Below are positions 58,755-64,000 of a stretch of 64,000 nt of DNA, in pieces. The notes under the pieces were generated by a model. The model saw nothing but the letters and a program-made list of their open reading frames with translations, was not told the DNA's origin and did not search any database. How positions within the stretch are numbered: the stretch's first letter is position 1; each line of letters begins with the position of its first letter. This DNA comes from Bacteroidota bacterium (GTDB lineage Bacteria > Bacteroidota > Bacteroidia > Flavobacteriales > BACL11). Where the stretch lies: assembly GCA_036337275.1 (NCBI GenBank), contig JAYZEM010000001.1, positions 14,634-78,633 of the forward strand. The letters run 5' to 3'. A program made the translations under genes and the position numbers.

Positions 58755-59501
58755 TTAGGTAAGCATTCCACCACATACATTCAGCACTTGACCTGTAATG
58801 TAATTGGACAAATCTGATGCTAAAAACAAAGTAGTATTTGCAATATCTTCTGGAGTTCCTCCTCTTTTAAGTGGAATGGAATCTCTCCACTCTTTTATTG
58901 TTTCTTCTCCCAATGCATCTGTCATTTCAGTTTCAATAAAGCCAGGAGCTATGGCATTGCATCTTATATTTCTTGAACCTAACTCCAATGCTACTGATTT
59001 CGTAAAACCAATAATGGCTGATTTAGATGTAGCATAATTTGCTTGCCCAGCATTTCCTTTTATACCAACAACCGAACTCATGTTTATAATAGACCCCTTT
59101 CTTTGTTTTAACATAGGTTGCATTACGGCTTTAGTTAGGTTAAAAACTGATTTCATGTTCACTCTCATCACATTATCAAAATCCTCCTCACTCATACGTA
59201 TCAGAAGATTATCTTTAGTAATTCCCGCATTATTTACAAGCACATCAATGCTTCCAAATTCTTCTATTACAGATGTTAGTAATTGCTGTGCTGCATCAAA
59301 GTCAGATGCATCTGATTTATACCCTTTTACTTTGCATCCATTTTTGGATAGTTCTTGCTCTAAAATTTTTGCTTTCTCATGAGATGAGTGATAAGTAAAG
59401 GCAATATTAGCACCTTCCCTTGCAAACACTTCTGCTATGCCTTTACCAATACCTCTACTCGCACCAGTTATAATTACATTTTTGCCTTCTAATAATTGCA
59501 T
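58755..59501 (-). CDS. fabG: 3-oxoacyl-[acyl-carrier-protein] reductase
   Basis: 248 aa SDR. TGASRGIGKGIA, NNAGIT, and SSVVG...YATSKSA (catalytic Ser and YxxxK). Confidence 0.9.
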   Translation of the reverse strand: MQLLEGKNVIITGASRGIGKGIAEVFAREGANIAFTYHSSHEKAKILEQELSKNGCKVKGYKSDASDFDAAQQLLTSVIEEFGSIDVLVNNAGITKDNLLIRMSEEDFDNVMRVNMKSVFNLTKAVMQPMLKQRKGSIINMSSVVGIKGNAGQANYATSKSAIIGFTKSVALELGSRNIRCNAIAPGFIETEMTDALGEETIKEWRDSIPLKRGGTPEDIANTTLFLASDLSNYITGQVLNVCGGMLT

Positions 59502-59525
59502 TCGTTTATTTTTTTAATAAGCATT

Positions 59526-59533
59526 CAAAGATA
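59526..59533 (-). promoter_or_regulatory. -7 promoter box TATCTTTG upstream of fabG
   Basis: Exact TAnnTTTG, 24 nt upstream of ATG 59501, directly after the sucD terminator T-tract. Confidence 0.45.
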
Positions 59534-59558
59534 AAAAAATCCCGCCAAAGGCAGGATA
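59532..59558 (-). terminator. rho-independent terminator after sucD
   Basis: On the - strand: ATCCTGCC-ttt-GGCGGGAT (one G:U pair) followed by TTTTTTT. Lies 23 nt after the sucD stop. Confidence 0.7.
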
Positions 59559-59580
59559 CTTACAACTCTAATCAATTTTA

Positions 59581-60459
59581 TTAAGCATGTACACCAAGGA
59601 GTTCCGCTATTTTTGCACCTATTTGAGCTGGAGAAGCAACTACATTTACACCACACTCACTAAGAATTTTCATTTTTGCTTCAGCTGTATCATCTGCTCC
59701 GCCAACAATTGCTCCTGCATGCCCCATTGTTCTGCCTTTTGGAGCAGTTTGCCCTGCAATAAATCCAACTACTGGTTTTGTTCCATTTTCTTTAATCCAT
59801 CTAGCAGCATCTGCTTCTAATTGCCCGCCAATTTCTCCTATCATTACAATACCTGACGTATCTTTATCCTCCATAAAAAGTTTAACAGCATCCAATATAG
59901 TTGTGCCGATAATCGGATCGCCACCTACCCCAATTGCAGTAGAGATTCCCATCCCTGCTTTTACTACCTGATCGGCAGCCTCATAAGTAAGTGTTCCTGA
60001 TTTTGAAACCACACCAATATTGCCTTTTTTGAAAACAAAACCTGGCATTATACCGCATTTTGCTTCTTCTGGAGTGATTACTCCCGGACAATTCGGTCCA
60101 ACTAATACACAATGCTTATCCGATATGTATTCTTTAACCATTATCATATCCTTAGTAGGAATGCCTTCTGTAATACAAATAAGCACTTTTATTCCCGCTT
60201 CTGCTGCTTCCATAACCGCATCTGCTGCAAATGCAGGCGGAACAAAAATTAAAGAAGTATCTGCACCCAACTGTTTTACTGCATCTACCACAGTATTAAA
60301 TACTGGTTTTCCTAAATGAATTTGCCCTCCTTTTCCTGGCGTCACACCTCCTACTATGTTTGTTCCATAGTCAATCATTTGCTCGGCATGGAAAGTGCCC
60401 TCACTTCCAGTAAATCCTTGAATAATAACTTTTGAATCTTTATTAACTAATACGCTCAT
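59581..60459 (-). CDS. sucD: succinate--CoA ligase subunit alpha
   Basis: 292 aa. VIIQGFTGSEGTFH, GPNCPGVI, SKSGTLTYE and MGHAGAIV (phospho-His loop). Confidence 0.95.
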   Translation of the reverse strand: MSVLVNKDSKVIIQGFTGSEGTFHAEQMIDYGTNIVGGVTPGKGGQIHLGKPVFNTVVDAVKQLGADTSLIFVPPAFAADAVMEAAEAGIKVLICITEGIPTKDMIMVKEYISDKHCVLVGPNCPGVITPEEAKCGIMPGFVFKKGNIGVVSKSGTLTYEAADQVVKAGMGISTAIGVGGDPIIGTTILDAVKLFMEDKDTSGIVMIGEIGGQLEADAARWIKENGTKPVVGFIAGQTAPKGRTMGHAGAIVGGADDTAEAKMKILSECGVNVVASPAQIGAKIAELLGVHA

Positions 60460-60482
60460 ATGTTTAGTTTATTTTTGATGTG

Positions 60483-60490
60483 CAAAATTA
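60483..60490 (-). promoter_or_regulatory. -7 promoter box TAATTTTG upstream of sucD
   Basis: Exact TAnnTTTG, 23 nt upstream of ATG 60459. Confidence 0.45.
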
Positions 60491-60522
60491 GAACATTAAA
60501 GCGTATAACAAAGGATTTTAAA

Positions 60523-60530
60523 TACTTTTG
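60523..60530 (+). promoter_or_regulatory. -7 promoter box TACTTTTG upstream of mnmE
   Basis: Exact TAnnTTTG, 4 nt upstream of ATG 60535. Confidence 0.4.
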
Positions 60531-60534
60531 CAGC

Positions 60535-61899
60535 ATGAAAAATATTAGCAGAAAAGATGCCATATGTGCTATAGCAACTGGAAGTGGTTTGGGGGCAATT
60601 GCCATTATTCGTATCTCTGGGAAAAAAACTTTTGATATTTGCAATAAGATCTTCTCCAAAAATATTACAAATGTTAAGTCGCACAGCATACATTTTGGCA
60701 CAATAAAAAATAAAGAAGAAGAAGTAGTTGATGAAGTTCTGCTAAGTATCTTTAAGAACCCCCAATCATTCACTGGTGAAGATTTAGTTGAAATTTCTTG
60801 TCATGGATCTCAGTACATCCAACAGCAGATTTTACAATTACTGGTAGAAAATGGAGCAAGAATAGCAAATCCTGGTGAATTTACATTAAGGGCATTTGCA
60901 AATGGAAAAATAGATCTTTCGCAAGCGGAAGCAGTAGCTGATTTGATTGCATCTGAAACAAAGAAAGCACACAAAATTGCAATAGATCAAATGAGAGGAG
61001 GCTTCTCTAATGATTTGAAGGCATTAAGAAAGCAACTCATAAACTTTGCCTCATTAATTGAGTTAGAGTTAGATTTTTCAGAAGAGGATGTTGAATTTGC
61101 AAACCGTAAACAATTTAGTGATTTGCTTTTATTGATAAAAGAAAAACTAAGTAAGTTAATCGCTTCTTTTCAATTGGGTAATGTAATCAAAAATGGAATT
61201 CCTATTGCAATTATGGGAGCTCCAAATGTGGGGAAATCAACCCTTCTGAATGCTTTGGCAAATGAAGAAAGGGCTATTGTATCAGAGATTCCTGGAACTA
61301 CTAGAGATACCATTGAAGATCTTATCAATATTGATGGATTGCAATTTAGATTTATTGATACTGCTGGGATAAGGGAAACAGAAAACAAAATCGAAAATAT
61401 AGGTATTCAAAAAGCAATTGAAAAGGCAAAAAAAGCAAAGTTGGTGATTTATTTGCTAGACGCGACAGTTCATATTCAAGGGCAAACAAATGAAATTAAA
61501 AAACTTGAAAATAAACTACAAAGCAAATTGATTGTTGTGGTAAATAAAATGGATTTAAATAAAAGCGTATCTAACACAATAAAAGAAAAAGACTATTTGC
61601 TTATTTCAGCAAAAAAGAAGGAGGGTATAGAGCAATTGAAAAAACAACTTGTTGATTTTATAGGTAATCATTTTTCTCAAGATGAAACCATTATCAGTAA
61701 TATCCGACATCAAGAAGAACTCAGTAATACTTTAACTGAAATCAATGCAATAATTGATGGGTTGAATAATGATATAAGTGGTGATTTGCTTGCAGTAAAC
61801 ATAAGGCAAGCGCTTTATCATTTGGGGCTAATCACTGGAGAAGTTACTACTGATGATTTGTTGGGTAATATTTTTAGTCGATTCTGTATCGGAAAATAA
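60535..61899 (+). CDS. mnmE: tRNA uridine-5-carboxymethylaminomethyl(34) synthesis GTPase MnmE
   Basis: Start set at MKNISRKDAICAIATGSGLGAIAIIRISG (ORF-track start 60460 adds 25 non-conserved residues). G-domain GAPNVGKSTLLNAL, DTAGIRE and NKMDL. C-terminal FCIGK. Confidence 0.9.
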   Translation: MKNISRKDAICAIATGSGLGAIAIIRISGKKTFDICNKIFSKNITNVKSHSIHFGTIKNKEEEVVDEVLLSIFKNPQSFTGEDLVEISCHGSQYIQQQILQLLVENGARIANPGEFTLRAFANGKIDLSQAEAVADLIASETKKAHKIAIDQMRGGFSNDLKALRKQLINFASLIELELDFSEEDVEFANRKQFSDLLLLIKEKLSKLIASFQLGNVIKNGIPIAIMGAPNVGKSTLLNALANEERAIVSEIPGTTRDTIEDLINIDGLQFRFIDTAGIRETENKIENIGIQKAIEKAKKAKLVIYLLDATVHIQGQTNEIKKLENKLQSKLIVVVNKMDLNKSVSNTIKEKDYLLISAKKKEGIEQLKKQLVDFIGNHFSQDETIISNIRHQEELSNTLTEINAIIDGLNNDISGDLLAVNIRQALYHLGLITGEVTTDDLLGNIFSRFCIGK

Positions 61900-62001
61900 A
61901 TCTTCTTCATCTTTAAAAAGATACTACGAAGATAAAACCTATAAAGATGGTAAATTACAATAGATTACGTAAGGTTCTCAAAAGAAATACGACCGATTAA
62001 T

Positions 62002-62484
62002 TTATTTTTGCCAAGACATTTTGAAGCCCATTGGTTTTCTTTTCTCAATATTATGTGCGTCTCTTTGTAATTGATCTTGTGTGTTTTCTGATATTCTTAT
62101 GGGAACATTTAATTGTTGAGCAATTAAATCATGCCATTTTTTCTCTGCTTCATGAAAATGACCATCAATTCTAGAAATATTTCTTATATCTAATAACAGA
62201 TTTTCTTTCTTATAAATATCAAATTCCTCTTGATTATTTATAAAATCTACCATAGATGCCATATATTCAATTGCTTGTTTAGCGTCTTGAACATTTTCTT
62301 TTGCCCAATTAGCAGTTTCGTTGAATATTTTTGTTGTCAGTTCATCATCTCCTCCTGACCATCTTTTAATAAAGCCTGCTATTGCTACTTTCTCCTGCTC
62401 ATCTAGTTTTCCGTCAGAAAAATTAGCAAAAGTGTGATAAATAAAAAAGATGCAGTGAAGTACAGATAATTGTTTTTCCTCCAT
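62002..62484 (-). CDS. TerB-like (tellurite-resistance TerB fold) protein, function unknown
   Basis: 160 aa. Two halves carry the TerB-type D-G-x-hydrophobic-x(3)-E signature (FSDGKLDEQEKVAIAGF, RIDGHFHEAEKKW). Confidence 0.55.
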   Translation of the reverse strand: MEEKQLSVLHCIFFIYHTFANFSDGKLDEQEKVAIAGFIKRWSGGDDELTTKIFNETANWAKENVQDAKQAIEYMASMVDFINNQEEFDIYKKENLLLDIRNISRIDGHFHEAEKKWHDLIAQQLNVPIRISENTQDQLQRDAHNIEKRKPMGFKMSWQK

Positions 62485-62499
62485 TATAAACTAGGTTTA

Positions 62500-62877
62500 T
62501 TAACTAAAGTCTTCTGGACTTATACCCAATAGCAATCCTGTTGCACCTAAGAATTTTATTTCATCCTCATCAACATTGTCATCAGCCTCAGCTAAAAGAG
62601 CTAGAGAAGCTATAAGAACCTTCCTTTTGTGTGTATGCATATTTTTAAGTACCTTAAAATGATCTTCCGGTCTAGTAGACATAGAGGATTGACAGAATTC
62701 TTTCCAATCTGAAGGCTTTTCTCCAGGTAACCGACTGACAACATTAAACATTAGGTCTATCTCATTCTGATCCATATTACCATCAATTTGAGCTTGAGCA
62801 GACATTAAAGCATTGATTGCTTTTAATTCATCTAAATTCCAGTTATGTTTTTCTTTAAATAAATCACTAAGTCCCAT
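62500..62877 (-). CDS. TerB-like (tellurite-resistance TerB fold) protein, function unknown
   Basis: 125 aa. QIDGNMDQNEIDLMFNVV and EADDNVDEDEIKFLGATGLLLGI, matching the two-lobed TerB pattern. Confidence 0.6.
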   Translation of the reverse strand: MGLSDLFKEKHNWNLDELKAINALMSAQAQIDGNMDQNEIDLMFNVVSRLPGEKPSDWKEFCQSSMSTRPEDHFKVLKNMHTHKRKVLIASLALLAEADDNVDEDEIKFLGATGLLLGISPEDFS

Positions 62878-62906
62878 ATTTTAGTTTTTTTTTAATTAAT
62901 AGTTAC

Positions 62907-62914
62907 CAAAAATA
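62907..62914 (-). promoter_or_regulatory. -7 promoter box TATTTTTG upstream of the TerB-like gene pair
   Basis: Exact TAnnTTTG, 29 nt upstream of ATG 62877. Confidence 0.4.
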
Positions 62915-62986
62915 AGAAATTTTATTTCATCAACTAATAAATTAGATGTTAGTTTAAACTATAATAAGAAAGTCGGTTAATTATTG

Positions 62987-63006
62987 GTTGACAGATTCGT
63001 TGACAG
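62987..63006. promoter_or_regulatory. direct repeat GTTGACAG-n4-GTTGACAG (12-nt period) in noncoding DNA
   Basis: Two identical octamers at 62987-62994 and 62999-63006, between the tRNA-Asp terminator and the TerB-like gene promoter. Confidence 0.2.
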
Positions 63007-63165
63007 TTTCTCCACTTTCTACTACAGGGTTTACTCAAAATATTGATGGTGAGGCGGTATAAATCTTAAAACATACTTGTATTATAATCGTTGATGCCCT
63101 TTCGCTATCGATATCGCAAAATTGGATATATGGGTAATACTATCCTACTATATGTTCTACTAATA

Positions 63166-63203
63166 TTAAAAAACCCTCGTAAATAATTGATTTACAAGGG
63201 TTT
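63166..63203 (-). terminator. rho-independent terminator after tRNA-Asp
   Basis: On the - strand: CCCTTGTAAAT-caatt-ATTTACGAGGG (11-bp stem, one mismatch) followed by TTTTTT. Begins 12 nt after the tRNA 3' end. Confidence 0.7.
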
Positions 63204-63214
63204 CTGTTTTAAAG

Positions 63215-63291
63215 TGGCGGTCTGGACGAGACTCGAACTCGCGACCCCATGCGTGACAGGCATGTATTCTAACCAACTGAACTACCAGACC
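63215..63291 (-). tRNA. tRNA-Asp (anticodon GUC), CCA encoded
   Basis: Reverse complement GGTCTGGTAGTTCAGTTGGTTAGAATACATGCCTGTCACGCATGGGGTCGCGAGTTCGAGTCTCGTCCAGACCGCCA folds by hand into a cloverleaf. It has a 7-bp acceptor stem, 4-bp D stem, CATGC/GCATG anticodon stem with loop CTGTCAC, GCGAG/CTCGT T stem with a TTCGAGT loop, and discriminator G. Confidence 0.95.
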
Positions 63292-63309
63292 GGATCTATA
63301 AAAGTGTTG

Positions 63310-63317
63310 CAAAACTA
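63310..63317 (-). promoter_or_regulatory. -7 promoter box TAGTTTTG upstream of tRNA-Asp
   Basis: Exact TAnnTTTG, 18 nt upstream of the tRNA 5' end (63291). Confidence 0.45.
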
Positions 63318-63326
63318 AAAGATTTT

Positions 63327-64000
63327 TCAATTTCTTAAAACATTTTTCTGCCTTTTAAGTAAGTAGGACGTTAAAATTTTGTCAAATCCCTTATTTATAT
63401 CTACTTCTACTAAATCAATTTTATATTGCAAACACTTTAGTTTTATCTTTTCTAAATGCTTTCTCGATATATTTGAAAACTCATTTCTTACTTCTACAGG
63501 ATTTAGTTTTACCTCCTCATTTGTTTCCGCATCTACAAAACGAATAGGCTTATTATCGAATCCTAAATTTAATTCCGTTATGGGCTCACTTACATGAAAC
63601 AAAATTACTTCATGCTTGTTGTATTTTAGATGTTGTAGGGCAGAAAAGAGATCTTCTAAACTTTTATTAGAATTATCCAACATGTCAGAAAACAACATCA
63701 CTAAAGAGCGTTTGTGAATATTTTCTGCTATTTGATGAAGCGCATCAATAGAAAAAGTTTTTTTCGGGTTTTCAATCGTATGCGTTTCTAACACTTTTTC
63801 CAATTCGTGATAAATCAAATTATGATGTCTTAAAGTAGTCCTGCAAGGCGTGTGAACATTCACATTCTCTGCAAACATACTCAAGCCTACTGCATCTCTT
63901 TGTCTTTTTAATAGATTCATCAAAACGGCAGTAGCATAGACTGAAAATAACAGCTTATTTGGCTTTTCTAATGATGGTTTCTCAAAGTTAGGATAATACA
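63327..64000 (-). CDS. DUF58-like (vWA-fold, MoxR-associated type) protein, 5' end outside window
   Basis: The reading frame stays open to base 64000 upstream of the ORF-track TTG (translation ...YYPNFEKPSLEKPNKLLFSVYATAVLMNLLKRQRDAVGLSMFAENV...). VMLFSDMLDN resembles the DUF58 acidic motif. Confidence 0.6.
   Translation of the reverse strand, partial: YYPNFEKPSLEKPNKLLFSVYATAVLMNLLKRQRDAVGLSMFAENVNVHTPCRTTLRHHNLIYHELEKVLETHTIENPKKTFSIDALHQIAENIHKRSLVMLFSDMLDNSNKSLEDLFSALQHLKYNKHEVILFHVSEPITELNLGFDNKPIRFVDAETNEEVKLNPVEVRNEFSNISRKHLEKIKLKCLQYKIDLVEVDINKGFDKILTSYLLKRQKNVLRN

Noticed and set aside
60460-60534. 25-codon extension of mnmE in the ORF track, together with the antisense 105-aa ORF at 60456-60773
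   Set aside because: The extension is not MnmE-like and contains the sucD and mnmE promoter boxes. The conserved N-terminus (DAICAIATGSGLGAIAIIRISG) follows the ATG at 60535.
61900-63291. Possible tRNA-Asp-associated genomic island carrying the TerB-like genes
   Set aside because: I found no integrase, no mobility gene and no direct repeat of the tRNA 3' end at the distal boundary (61900-62001). The segment is only about 1.3 kb.
1-64000. Scan for CRISPR arrays, IS elements/transposases, integrases, phage genes, toxin-antitoxin pairs, restriction-modification or other recognisable defence genes, and rRNA
   Set aside because: None found. The only exact repeats I saw are the 30-nt tandem repeat (42726-42802) and the 13-nt pair (29704/29777). 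This was an eye scan only, so dispersed or diverged repeats could have been missed.

Overview
This is a gene-dense 64-kb chromosomal segment: about 55 CDS, one tRNA-Asp, and no rRNA, CRISPR, IS element, integrase or prophage. It comes from a low-GC member of Bacteroidota, probably Flavobacteriia-like. Three things seen in the sequence support that. Six proteins end in T9SS sorting domains (two type B 'gliding-motility C-terminal', four type A). One protein carries SprB-type Cys repeats. Exact TAnnTTTG (-7) promoter boxes sit upstream of nearly every operon-leading gene, and I saw no Shine-Dalgarno-like purine motifs upstream of starts. Most genes are housekeeping: mutL, meaB plus methylmalonyl-CoA mutase, pruA, pheT, cdd, mazG, apbE, trmD-rplS, aroC, hutI-ftcD, lpxB, surE, glmM, aroE, uvrB, fabG, sucD and mnmE. 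Genes are often joined by ATGA or TAATG overlaps. My best candidate for an uncharacterised system is a zero-gap five-gene operon at 20786-25415. It encodes a T9SS-secreted CotH kinase-family protein, a lipoprotein, a VTC (polyphosphate-polymerase-type tunnel) protein, a DUF4956 inner-membrane protein and a DUF2490 outer-membrane-type protein. Their predicted locations span the whole envelope. Secondary candidates are a translationally coupled phosphosulfolactate synthase/DUF368/AroE trio, an ApbE-centred extracytoplasmic redox neighbourhood, two giant adhesin genes wedged between the mutase and its MeaB chaperone, and five genes whose -7 box lies only 4-5 nt from the start codon (leaderless geometry). 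All functional calls rest on motif recognition by eye. No database search, HMM or composition statistic was run.
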